Below are positions 52,891 through 64,000 of a stretch of DNA of 64,000 nucleotides, one piece after another. Origin of the DNA: Heteronotia binoei (Eukaryota); assembly GCF_032191835.1 (NCBI RefSeq), contig NC_083239.1, positions 20,832,001-20,896,000 on the forward strand, written 5' to 3'. The position numbers and the translations under genes were made by a program. Position 1 is the stretch's first letter; each line of letters opens with the position of its first letter. The notes beneath the pieces are model-generated. The model was not told where the DNA came from. It was given only the letters and a program-made list of their open reading frames with translations, and did no database searches.

Positions 52891-53712
52891 CTTGTCATAA
52901 AGAAACATAATTCTTCCAAGGGAGATTAGCATGGTTTGTCTCCCTTGAGCCCCTTAAAACACTTGCTGACTCTCTTCGGCTTGTGGTGTGAACCGAGGCA
53001 GGCTGCGCAAGAGGCATGGCAGAGGGAGAGGAGAGCGCCTTTGCACGCCCAAGGGATCTGATCTCTGCCCCCAGGTGCTTACAGGGCGGCGGACCTGGTC
53101 GGAGGGGAGAAGCTAGCAGAGGAATCAGCAAGGATGGAAGAGCGAGAACAGAAAGGGCAGAAGGGGAGAGCCAGCCTGGTTGTAGTGATTGAAGTGTGTT
53201 AGACTTGGATCTGAGTAACCCGTATTCCAACCCCCCACCCCACGCATGTGATGGAAGCTTCTTGGGTGGTCCTGCGCCAGTCACATGCTCTCCAGCTAAC
53301 CCACCTCACAGGATTGTTGTGACCGTAAAACAGAGGAGAATGATGTAACTCAAGGTGCTTTGGGTTCTCATGGGGTGGTGGTGAAAGGTGGGATATAAAT
53401 AAACGAGATAAATGATTCCTCCCTTCCAGATGGACATTGGTCTGCCCTTTCACAATGCCCCTGCCTGAGACAGGTCTCTTCCCCATAGAACTGCTCACAG
53501 GAGGGGGGGGGGTGAGCAAATGCCATTAGGACCATGAAATAAAAGATCTGTGGGGATGGGTCACAGCTGTTTGGAGGAGGAGGGTGTTTTATTCTTGTCA
53601 TAAAGAAACATAATTCTTCCAAGGGAGATTAGCATTGGTTGTCTCCCTTGAGCCCCTTAAAACACTTGCTGACTCTCTTCGGCTTGTGGTGTGAACCGAG
53701 GCAGGCTGCGCA
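52891..53712. repeat. Pair of 119-bp direct repeats (52891-53009, 53594-53712)
   Basis: Near-identical copies differing only at atggttt versus attggtt; 584 bp between them. Confidence 0.85.
53195..53410 (+). mobile_element. Degraded tRNA-derived SINE
   Basis: gccagcctggttgtagtgatt...ctaacccacctcacaggattgttgtg...gggatataaat. Confidence 0.5.
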
Positions 53713-55723
53713 TGCCTCTCCTTCTGCCAGCAGCAATCAGCCAGCCCTGCTTTGTCCTGAGCACCAGCTTCCTCCTTCTCCCTGGACCAACCATTAGTCA
53801 AAGGATAAAGTTACGACTCTGGCCTTGCTCCCTTTGCAGCTTTTGATCCAGGCTTAGAAGTGCAAGTTGTATGCTTGAAGATATGCACACACATCTCCTT
53901 TGCATGGACACAGCTTAAAAAAAAAAAACCCAGAGTCTTTTAAAAAGTGCTTTAAAAAATAGTACAACCCACACGTTTCTTCCCTCTATTTGTGGAACAG
54001 CGTTTGACTCAATAGCGTAGGAATGCTGTTAACTGGAACAATGTTGCATGTGTATAAATACCCACCTAAATCTGTTAAAACTGCCAGCAGAACTACAAAG
54101 TGTGGGTCAAGCAGAACAAAGCCTTGTATGGTGTGAAAATAAAGGGAAAAGGGGCAACTTGCTCCTTGCCAGGTTCACACACATCTTTTTTTGGTTTATC
54201 CTAGGAATTATTCAGAGGGTGGAGACAAAGAGAAATTAGAACCTTGGCTGGCTGTTCTCCGAAGTCATGTGTTAGTCCTGAGGGTCTGAACTCATCCTCC
54301 AGCTCTTTGTTTGTGGACATAACTAGGCAACCAGCTGCTGGAGCAGAGAAAGGGGCAGAGCCTAGGTGGATGCTCAAGGCCACTACCAGTCCCCAAGTAC
54401 AATGCAGGTAAACTAGGCAATTGCCTAGAACACAGGCCCTTTGGGAGTACCAAATTGGGCGCCCTTATGTGACTCAGGGATGTTATCACTGGGGGGGGGG
54501 GGGGCGGGGGTGTGCCAGAAGTTAGCCTTGCTTAGGGTGCCAGACAATCTAGGGACGGCCCTTGGCAGATCCAGGATGGAGTGGGGCTTTCAGATCCCGA
54601 GGAATCCTTACTGTAAAGGTCAGTGCATCAGACACTAAGACTAGGGATGCCCCCAGACTTGCCTGTTCAGTTCACATCCTGTTCACCGGTAGTGAGTGGG
54701 GGGGGGGGGGGGGCAGGTTTTTCAACACATTTTTAATCTGATGCCAAGATCGACAAGGAGATTGACAACAGGCTGGCAAAGGCAAACCGTGCATTTGGCC
54801 GACTGCACAAAAGAGTGTGGAGCAACAAGCATCTGAAAAAAGGCACAAAGATCAATGTTTACAAAGCAGTTGTGATGACAACTGTGGAGAAACACCATCT
54901 TAGAGTGCTGGTGCTTCATAGACCAGGGATCAGTAAATTCCTCAGCAGGCTTTGTAGCCTTCCCCTCACTCCCCCCTCCCTTCCAGAGCCAAACCAACAA
55001 CGCTAGGGGGAAAATCTCCTAGAGAGGCAGGAAGTGCTTTTGTTCTTGGCATGTGTGTTAGCAGGAAGAGAAGGGAGTTGGAAGCCAGCGCTCGAGCGAG
55101 CATGTGGTGAGCAATGGAGGCTCCTGCCTGGGAGGCCCCAGGCAGGCAGACTAAGTAAGTAATTCACAAGACAGGGCAAGTTTAGATCAGGGCCAGCAGG
55201 ACGCGTTTATAACACATTTTGTTTGTCAGGCTGTTTGCTGTGCGTGTGCTGTGCTGTGCTAACCTTTTAAACGCAACTGTTTTTGTTTTGTTTTTCTTTT
55301 CCTATCTTTTTCTCTTTTTAAATAAATATATTTTTACTGTTTAAATGCTGGCAGTCAATCTCTGTACCACCTAGATCCCCAGACCGCTTTAGACCACGCT
55401 GTGTTGAGAAGGGGGCCCCAGGTGAAGGGGGGGGAAGGCATGCAGTTGGATAAGGTGCCAATCCTCCAGGGGTGCCCCAAAGAAGTGCTGAGGTCTCTGT
55501 GAAACTCAAGTGCAGGGTGGCAGAGGACCTTGAGGCCTGGCCTCACAGCTGGAGAGGGGGATTGGGAGTCCTGTTCCTCTCAATCTGAACCCCGGGACTG
55601 AGCAGGTGGTGGCAGCGCGCCCAAGGGGCAGGAGGAGAAATAGCTCCCTCCAGGAGTTGGCGACTCAATAGGGAGCTGACGGGACCGGGTCTGAAGGCAG
55701 AATCGGGCCGGTTCCGCCCCACT

Positions 55724-55741
55724 TGGCGGCAGCGGTGGGAT
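55724..55741 (+). promoter_or_regulatory. Primer-binding site, tRNA-Leu type
   Basis: TGGCGGCAGCGGTGGGAT, 2 nt after the 5' LTR; 17/18 complementary to the 3' end of vertebrate tRNA-Leu(AAG/TAG) as recalled. Confidence 0.75.
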
Positions 55742-55870
55742 GAGAACAAACAGAGAACTTGATTGGCCAGGCATTTTTGGTTTTTGATGCGTGCAAGCAC
55801 CCAGAGGAAGCAACAGAGGTTTTGTTTTATTTTCGGGTCAACTGGAGTAGGGAAAGTTTAGCTAGTTAGG

Positions 55871-57154
55871 ATGGAGCGTGCTAAGAAACTGGAAATCCTG
55901 AAGATGACAAAGCCACAGCTCCAGGAAGAGTGCGCAAAACAAGAGCTGGAGTGTGACAACCTGACTGTAGCAGATATGCAAGTCCTCCTGTTGGAGCATC
56001 ATCAGCATGCAGGGGCACCTGCAGAAGTGCCCCCCACCCAGTCAGAAGCAATCTTGCGGCTACAGTTGGAACTGAAGAGAATGCGTATCGAGGCGGACCG
56101 AGACCGCAGACGGGAGGAAGCTGAGATCCGCAGACAGGAGGAAAGAGAGAAAGCTGAGCTCCGCAGACAGGAGGAAAGAGAGAGGGAGCTGAGACAAGCT
56201 GAGATCCGCAGACGGGAGCAGGAAGAGCAACGTCGCCATGAGCTTGAGGTGCTACGTCTGGAAGCTGAACTAAGCAAAGAGATCCAAGTCACCCCCAAGG
56301 ACTTTGCAGGGTACAAAGAGGGAGAAGACCCCTCCATATACCTCTCCAACTTTGAGAAGGCAGCCAAACAGTGGGGGATTGCAGAGGAAGACTATATGTC
56401 TTACCTCTGTAGCAACCTGACTGGAGAACTTTCAGCCATCTATCACAGCATGCCTATGGAAGATGGGGGGATAACTTTTGCGGCCTATAAAGCCACTGTA
56501 TTTAAAAGGTTTAAACTGGGGCCAGACCACTCCCGAAAGCAGTTCAGGGGTTTGGCTCCACAAGAAGGTAAATCCTATTCTGAATGCGGGGTAATGAAGG
56601 AACAAACAGTTCCAGTGTTATTGGGCCGGGATTTGTTGGTTGGCCAGTACTCTATCAATGCTGTAACCCGCAGCCAAACCCCCAGGGGAAAGTGGGAGGA
56701 GGAAGGCAACTTTAAGGAAGCCACCTCACCACCAACCAGGGAGGGGGAAATAACCCAGGTTACTGAGGACGAAGAGAGGGCAATCACCCAGGAGGGGGAG
56801 GACCAGCCTGTCTCAAGCCCTGGAGTAGGGTGTTCCCAAGGGGAAGAGGGGTGTAGCTTTCCCCAAGTGCAGCAAGAGGTTGTCGATGTTCCTAGCAAGG
56901 AAAGGAACCTGTCTAGCATAAAGGATGTGCATGCTGAAGAGACCAAGGTGGAGAGTGGAGATTTCACAGGAGGTTCTGAGAGCAGCAAGGCTAATGTGGG
57001 CTCAGAGGAGCACATAGCTGAAGGCTTGGGGGGACGGGAGCGGTTCCAGAAGGGGGTCCGGAGCGGCCTTAGGTTGGAACCGGTTCACCAAGTAGCTGTG
57101 GATCAGGAAGTGGGATCGTCCGAGACGCTCTCAAAACAGGTCATAAGAACATAA
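55871..57154 (+). CDS. Gag-like protein with a SCAN-related capsid region, fused to a protease C-terminal remnant and spacer; truncated by the CR1 insertion
   Basis: E/R-rich coiled coil, then FAGYKEGEDPSIYLSNFEKAA...LTGEL...LGPDHSRKQFRGL, then PVLLGRDL and NAVTRSQ; the stop lies inside the CR1 tail. Confidence 0.75.
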   Translation: MERAKKLEILKMTKPQLQEECAKQELECDNLTVADMQVLLLEHHQHAGAPAEVPPTQSEAILRLQLELKRMRIEADRDRRREEAEIRRQEEREKAELRRQEERERELRQAEIRRREQEEQRRHELEVLRLEAELSKEIQVTPKDFAGYKEGEDPSIYLSNFEKAAKQWGIAEEDYMSYLCSNLTGELSAIYHSMPMEDGGITFAAYKATVFKRFKLGPDHSRKQFRGLAPQEGKSYSECGVMKEQTVPVLLGRDLLVGQYSINAVTRSQTPRGKWEEEGNFKEATSPPTREGEITQVTEDEERAITQEGEDQPVSSPGVGCSQGEEGCSFPQVQQEVVDVPSKERNLSSIKDVHAEETKVESGDFTGGSESSKANVGSEEHIAEGLGGRERFQKGVRSGLRLEPVHQVAVDQEVGSSETLSKQVIRT

Positions 57155-57225
57155 GAACATAAGAGAAGCCATGTTAGATCAGGCCAATGGCCCATCCAGT
57201 CCAACATTCTGTGTCACACAGCGGC

Positions 57226-57296
<71 letters not shown>

Positions 57297-57739
57297 TGTG
57301 GCTAATAGCCACTGATGGACCTCTGCTCCATATTTTTATCTAACCCCTTCTTGAAGGTGGCTATGCTTGTGGACGCCACCACCTCCTGTGGCAGTGAATT
57401 CCACATGTTAATCACCCTTTGGGTGAAGAAGTACTTCCTTTTATCCGTTTTAACCTGTCTGCTCAGCAATTTCATCGAATGCCCACGAGTTCTTGTATTG
57501 TGAGAAAGGGAGAAAAGTACTTCTTTCTCTACTTTCTCCATCCCATGCATTATCTTGTAAACTTCTATCATGTCACCCCTCAGTCGACGTTTCTCCAAGC
57601 TAAAGAGCCCTAAGCGTTTCAACCTTTCTTCATAGGGAAGGTGTTCCAGCCCTTTAATCATTTTAGTTGCCCTTTTCTGAACTTTCTCCAATGCTATAAT
57701 ATCCTTTTTGAGGTGCGGCGACCAGAACTGCACACAGTT
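57142..57739 (-). mobile_element. 5'-truncated CR1 inserted in the Gypsy internal region; contains (TA)n(CA)n
   Basis: ORF 57302-57733: QFWSPHLKKDI..LEKVQKRATKMI..LGLFSLEKRRLRGDMIEVYK..WNSLP; (ttcttatg)n tail. Confidence 0.92.
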
Positions 57740-58830
57740 GAAGCAGGGCAGACAGGAGTCCTGGGAAGCTGTGGGACCTTCCAGGCAGGAAGGGGGTCAG
57801 TTGGGTAGTGCTGAAAAACCAACCGAGGGGACTGAGAACCCAAGCCAAACCCTCAGGGAAAGGTGGGGGGAGGAAGGCAACGTTAGGGAAGCCACCTCAC
57901 CACCAACCAGGGAGGGGGGGGACCAGCCTGTCTCAAGCCCTGCAGGAGGGTGTGCCCAATGGGAAGAGGGGTGCCAATCTCCGCAAGGGCAGCAGGATGC
58001 TGTGGAGCCTTCCAGGCAGGAAGGAGCTCAGTTGGCTGACACTGAAAAACCAACTGAGGGGGCGGAGAACCCAGATCAAACTTTGGCTGGGTGTTCTGGA
58101 AACAGTGGGACTAGGGGTGGCTTGAAGGAACAGGTGACAGGAAGTCTGGGGGAGCCAGAAATGTTCCTGTCTGAGGTTCAAAGTGCCCCTAGGCTGGAAC
58201 CACTGTGTGAGGTGGCAAGGGACCAGAAAGCGGAGTTCGCAGAAGCTGAGACAGGGGATAGGGTGATGGATTTCCTGCCACTTCATACTGGTGAACGGAA
58301 AGTGGAATGGGAGGGACCCCATATGATTGTGGATGACCTAGACGAGGCTACTTATGTGGTGGCTATGGAGAAGACGGGAAAGGCAGGTAAAGTGGTGCAG
58401 GTGAATATACCACAGCCATTCTCTGAGAGGTCCATGGTGTTGCATATAGTAGGAAGGAAGGAGACAAAAAGAAGCTGGGACAGCAATTGTTTGGAGCCCC
58501 AGAGGTGGTTTTCTGGGAGGTCAGAGTGGACAGAAGGAATATTCCACCAATGAGGGATAAAGAAGAAGCAACTGTGTGGGAACTGGGCAGTTTCCAACCT
58601 CATATGTGGGGCCAGGAATTTCCTCCTTTGATGGACCACTCACCCCAGCAACAGCAGCAACGAAGGGAGAGCACCAAACTCCAGAGGTGGTCCTGGGAGA
58701 TGGAGGAGTACATCTTAAAGACTGGACATTCCTTCTGCATGCAGCAATGCAACGTTTTGTCCAGAAAGGACATGGACACCGAGGTTGTGGGACTTTTGGT
58801 TAACGGGTTTTGGTTAACGGGTTTCTCCTT
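57740..58830 (+). pseudogene. Gypsy pol remnants: spacer repeats, integrase C-terminal GPY/F-like module, RNase H C-terminal remnant
   Basis: VEWEGPHMIVDDLDEATYVV...VQVN (GPY/F-like), then in another frame VWELGSFQPHMWGQEF..MDHSP...KLQRWSWEMEEY...VLSR (RNase H-like). Confidence 0.6.
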
Positions 58831-60880
58831 GTTTGATTGGATTCTGCTACGGGGTCACCTCTGTAGGAGGCAACCCCTCCGGCTCAGAATTTAAGGAGGG
58901 GGACGTGTGGAGAAACACCATCTTAGAGTGCTGGTGCTTCATAGACCAGGGATCAGTAAATTCCTCAGCAGGCTTTGTAGCCTTCCCCTCACTCCCCCCC
59001 TCCCTTCCAGAGCCAAACCAACAACGCTAGGGGGAAAATCTCCTAGAGAGGCAGGAAGTGCTTTTGTTCTTGGCATGTGTGTTAGCAGGAAGAGAAGGGA
59101 GTTGGAAGCCAGCGCTCGAGCGAGCATGTGGTGAGCAATGGAGGCTCCTGCCTGGGAGGCCCCAGGCAGGCAGACTAAGTAAGTAATTCACAAGACAGGG
59201 CAAGTTTAGATCAGGGCCAGCAGGACGCGTTTATAACACATTTTGTTTGTCAGGCTGTTTGCTGTGCGTGTGCTGTGCTGTGCTAACCTTTTAAACGCAA
59301 CTGTTTTTGTTTTGTTTTTCTTTTCCTATCTTTTTCTCTTTTTAAATAAATATATTTTTACTGTTTAAATGCTGGCAGTCAATCTCTGTACCACCTAGAT
59401 CCCCAGACCGCTTTAGACCACGCTGTGTTGAGAAGGGGGCCCCAGGTGAAGGGGGGGGAAGGCATGCAGTTGGATAAGGTGCCAATCCTCCAGGGGTGCC
59501 CCAAAGAAGTGCTGAGGTCTCTGTGAAACCCAAGTGCAGGGTGGCAGAGGACCTTGAGGCCTGGCCTCACAGCTGGAGAGGGGGATTGGGAGTCCTGTTC
59601 CTCTCAATCTGAACCCCGGGACTGAGCAGGTGGTGGCAGCGCGCCCAAGGGGCAGGAGGAGAAATAGCTCCCTCCAGGAGTTGGCGACTCAATAGGGAGC
59701 TGACGGGACCGGGTCTGAAGGCAGAATTGGGCCGGTTCCGCCACAACAACCCTCATCTACGGCTCCAAATCGTGGGTTTTATACCATCATCACCTGCGAC
59801 TCCTTGAGCGCTTTCATCAGCGCTGCCTTCGCACCATCCTCAGCATCCACTGGAGTGACTTTGTGACCAACACTGAAGTCCTCAAGAGGGCGGAGGTTAC
59901 AAGCATTGAAGCACTGCTGTTGAAGACGCAGCTGTGCTGGGTAGGGCATATTTCTAGGATGGAAAACCACCGCCTTCCCAAGATTGCTCTGTATGGCGAA
60001 CTTTCCACCGGCCATCGCAATAGAGGGGCACCAAAGAAGAGGTACAAGGACTCCTTGAAGAAATCCCTTGGCACCTGTCGCATCAACCATCACCAGTGGT
60101 CTGACCTAGCCTCAGATCGCAAAGCATGGAGGCACACCATCCACCAGGCTGTCTCTTCCTTTGAGAACGCACGCATAGCTGGTCTTGAGGACAAAAGGAG
60201 ATTGAGGAAGAATCACACTGCTACAGCACCAACCCCAAATCAGACTTTTCCCTGCAGCCACTGTGGCCGGATCTGCCTGTCCCGCATTGGTCTTGTCAGC
60301 CACCAGCGAGCCTGCAGCAGACGTGGACTACTGCACCCTTCTTAAATCTTCGTTCGCGAAGTCAAGCCAAGAGAGAGAGAGTAATCTGCTTGTTGACTTG
60401 TGCATGGCTGTTGGGCACACTGCTTAAGTGTAACAGTGCAGATGTTTCTAATAGCATATGTTAAATACTGGGTTCGATGCATGAGGAGTCTCATTGCATA
60501 GTGATCAAAACTCTTTATCAGTGATACAGCATGTTACTGGTTAAACTAAGACTGGCAAACAGGGACAACTATGTAAGGACGTCATCAAACGTCATTGGCT
60601 CATTTGAACCAGCAGGGGGTTGGCGATTGGTCCAGGGAAGCAGGGATTTGGATCCTGCTTCCCATTGTTTCAGTGTCTCCAAGCTCAGTCCTAAAGGCTT
60701 CAATGAGTCAGGCAGGAACTAACAATCTCAACGAGAGCCAGGGCTTTCTCAGTCCTGGCCCCAACCTGGTGGAACTCTCTCTGCAGGGCCTGTAAAACAG
60801 AGATGTTCCACCAGGCTTTTGGTTGAGAACAGTGACGGTTGCCGGGCTGGCACCCCCTGCTCTACTTAAGGGGGGGACTG

Positions 60881-61359
60881 TGTCAGCTATGTGCATTGAA
60901 GCTTGTCTTTATTACCTTAAATGTTTATCTGAATGCTAACTAAAACCCTCGCACCTCGCCTCACTAACCCTGAAACTGTAACGAAATGTGAAGAATAGCT
61001 GGGAGAGACAGTCCAGGTGCCAGAGAGCTTCCCAGAGAGCTTTGAAGTGTTATACATCTAACTAGTTCTCAGGCCGGCCTAGCAAGGCCACAGCGGGGAA
61101 GAGAGACAGGCCATGCCGGGGAGATAACAGATAAGAGAAATGCTCTCTGTCAACGAGACAGCCCAGGTTTTATTATGGGAAGCAACTTAAGGCTCCTTGC
61201 TTTGATGTGTATCCATAAATGCTTATGCTTGAACCCCTTTCGTCATTAGTATCAATGACTCTGCGCTGTGCAACATTGTTGTAATCAATAAATGGAAACT
61301 TATTTTTAAACTAAAGTAAGTCTATTCATTCTTGGAACTTCAATGCCCCTACGCTGACA
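60881..61359 (+). mobile_element. 3' LTR of a second LTR retrotransposon, preceded by a PPT
   Basis: Inverted termini TGTCAGC...GCTGACA, PPT aagggggggac immediately upstream, internal AATAAA; no TSD, no internal ORFs. Confidence 0.65.
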
Positions 61360-61399
61360 TTTTGATACGAATCCTCACAAGGGGCTTATCGGACGTGAG

Positions 61400-61561
61400 T
61401 GTCACGAGCTGGGGCTGAGTCAGGCAAAGTCCAGGGGCGGTCCAGGGTCTGCAACTGGTGAGCAAGGTGGGTCCAAGGCGCCAAAACAGAATCGTAATCC
61501 AGGTATCACAGGTCAGAGGTTCCGAAGCCGAAGTCGGGGTCCAGAGGTCCAAGCCAAAGTC
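61400..61561. mobile_element. Probable Gypsy LTR terminus interrupted by an L1
   Basis: Begins TGTCACGA with the ccaggg/caggtc/gtccag repeats common in vertebrate Gypsy LTRs; ends abruptly at the L1 poly(T). Confidence 0.4.
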
Positions 61562-64000
61562 TTTTTTTTTTTAATTTCAAATGATTTTATTAATGAAAAT
61601 TCTGAAAATGAACATATCATAGATAAGTATAAAAGTTACATACATTAATAAAAATAACCAATACAATAACACACATTAAACATAGAAAATAAAGGAGAAA
61701 AACCAATAGTAGGCTTACATAGTTAAATATATTAAAGTAAATTATAGCCACAAAAATCTTTATATAATTTAGATTTGTTGTAAGAATTAATATAAAATGG
61801 ATCACTATCAATTTTTTCTAAGATAGGGAACCAGGTCGCTATGTACTTGGAATAAGCCTGGTAGGGGTCGATAGTGTCTAATGTTGCCTGGATTTTGTCC
61901 ATTGCTATATGGTCCCAAATTTTCAGGAGCCAGGTATCAAGGGACAAGTTGTTAGCGTTTTTCCAAGATTGGGCTACCGTTGTTTTTGCAGCTGTTAAAA
62001 GTTTGGCAATTAGAGATCTTTTCGAAGGTGACAATTTAGAACCGGGCCAATGATTAAGAAGTATCACAGTGGGGTCTTCAGGAATTATGGTATCCAATAA
62101 AGTTGAAAGGTGAGAGCAGATTGCAGTCCAAAATGGTCTTATTTGGGGGCAATCCCACCAGCAATGAATGTAGGAGGCTTTGAGACCACAGTCTCTCCAA
62201 CAATCAGGGGAGTTCGAGGTGACCATATGTGAAAGTTGGGTAGGAGTAAGGTACCAACGGGCCATAAGTTTGAAGTTCTGTTGTGAAATATTTATTATGT
62301 TGGAGTGTAGAATTTCGCTAGCCCAGATAGAGTCCCATTGGTCTGGAGAAAGTATGGTCCCGCAGTCCCTATGCCAAAGGGCCATGTAAGAGGGAAGTGA
62401 GGATTCCAATTTGGTAAGAAGGATACGATATATTCGTGAAATAAGCCCCTTTGACTGCACGTTATCTTGCAAATGGAGAATGTTCAAAATCTGTCGTTGG
62501 GCGGGAAAGTGACGATTTTAGTTGGGTGTCTTGGAGAAGATGTCTAATTTGGAAATATTGGAACCAAGGCAATGGGGTTAGTAATTTTTGGTCTAATTTA
62601 TCTTTGGGTAGAATTTGCCTAGAAGAGGAAAGGAGGTCAAAAAGGAAGACAATTGAGGAGTCTCGCCAAGTTTTAAAAGAAGAGGGGAGTTGGGCCGGGA
62701 GAAACCATTTTTGACCGATAAACGAAGAAATGATAGAAAAACCTGGGGCAAGGTAAGAACGTTCTGAATCCCATGTAGAAAGAAGTGCCTTAAGAAATGG
62801 GTTTACAAAATGCCACAAAGGACGGTCATTTTTCTTGAGCCATAATAGTTCGTAATATTTAAGGGGAGTAAAATGGGCCTCTTTAATAAGTGCCCATGCT
62901 GGGGGAGGGCGTTGATATAAAATTTTAGTCATTTGGGAGAGAATAACAGCTTTGTAGTAGCGAGTAATGTCTGGGACCGCCAGACCTCCTTTTGCTCTAG
63001 ATCTGCAAATAGTAGTTAGTTTGATTCTGGCTTTTTTGTACTTCCAAATGAAGGAAGTCAAGGTTTGTTGCCAGGAGTTTAACATCTTTTGAGGTATCAC
63101 AATGGGAAGGGCCCGAAACAGATATAACAAACCTGGGAAAATAAAGGATTTGACCGTTTGGATTCTTTCCATCCAGGACAGTTGCAATTTGTCCCACTGT
63201 TTCAAAGTAATAGAAATGTCTGATAAAGTGGCACTATAATTTGTCTTTAATAAATTGGAGAGATTTAAAGGGATTTTTAGCCCTAAATATGGCCAGTTTT
63301 CGGTAACCCAAAGGAAGGGATATTTGGTGGATATTTCTTTCTTTGAGTTAGGAAAAATATTGATTGGGTAAAGAATAGATTTAGAATGGTTGACTTGGAG
63401 TCCAGAGAGTTTACCAAAATTGTCTAAAAGAGTGGAGATAGCGTCTAAGGATTGCAGAGGATTTGAAATATATAAAACTATGTCATCGGCAAATAAGCTA
63501 ATTTTAAATGTGGAGCCTTGAACCGACAAGCCTGGGATTTCAGGAGAAAGACGAATCAGGTTTGCGAACGGTTCAATAACCAATGCAAATAAAACCGGAG
63601 AGAGGGGACAGCCTTGGTGTGTCCCTCTCTCCAGACTGAACGCAGAGGACTGTTGACCGTTAATTTGTAAAAAGGCTGATGGGTCCAAATAAAGGAAATC
63701 AATAACCTTCATAAATTTTGGGCCAAAGCCCATATGGTATAGGACCTTGCGAAGAAAAAGTGGTTCTACGCTATCAAAGGCCTTTTCAATGTCCAGGGCT
63801 AAAATACAAGATTCAAAGTTTTGGAAGGTACAATATTGAATTAGGTTAATTGTTTGTCTCGTATTGTCTGTAATGTCACGGTTTGGTATAAATCCTGATT
63901 GATTTATATGGATGTAGGAACCAATGATTTTGTTCAGTCTAGCTGTTAAGATGGACGTAAATAACTTATAGTCGTTATTAAGTAAAGAAATAGGGCGATA
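61562..64000 (-). mobile_element. Second L1 family, 3' portion of ORF2 (runs off the window), one frameshift near 62470
   Basis: Open frame from 64000 (YRPISLLNNDYK...DIEKAFD...QGCPLSP...FADD) to about 62470, continuing in ORF 61732-62487 (CWRDC..HCWWDC); AATAAA and A11 tail at 61562-61572. Confidence 0.9.

Larger units (their letters stand above)
54883..59745 (+). mobile_element. Non-autonomous Ty3/Gypsy (Gmr1-like) LTR retrotransposon
   Basis: LTRs 54883-55721 and 58906-59745 (TG...CA), 5-bp TSD acaac (54878-54882, 59746-59750), PBS, PPT (58892-58905), gag; RT and integrase core absent. Confidence 0.9.
54725..60380 (+). mobile_element. 5'-truncated RTE-clade (BovB-like) LINE split by the LTR element (pieces 54725-54882 and 59746-60380)
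   Basis: DAKIDKEIDNRLAKANRAFGRL...VYKAVVMTT joins directly to LIYGSKSW...QLCWVGHISRM...FPCSHCGRICLSRIGLVSHQRAC*; (GA)n tail. Confidence 0.88.

Overview
Vertebrate genomic DNA, most likely a squamate reptile and probably a gecko (inferred from Squam-type SINEs and CR1, L2, RTE and Penelope repeats). It covers the conserved synteny block ZBTB8OS/archease (minus, 7 coding exons, 164 aa), RBBP4 (plus, 12 exons, 425 aa) and SYNC (minus, 3 coding exons, about 376 aa), followed by a transposon-dense region (46.7-64 kb). The most striking feature is a full-length, intact, intronless CD36 retrocopy (471 aa) in ZBTB8OS intron 4. It carries a poly(A) remnant, a variant poly(A) signal and a perfect 15-bp target-site duplication (TSD), and it splits an old CR1 element at the CR1 endonuclease VMGDF|NYP motif. 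Also present are a full-length L1 with both ORFs intact, inserted with a 15-bp TSD into the SYNC promoter CpG island; a three-layer nest (RTE > young non-autonomous Gmr1-like Gypsy > CR1); and a Penelope-derived inverted repeat with arms of about 300 bp containing hammerhead-ribozyme motifs. Exon and junction coordinates were read by hand. Repeat boundaries without TSDs are approximate, and family names come from recalled consensus features, not database searches.
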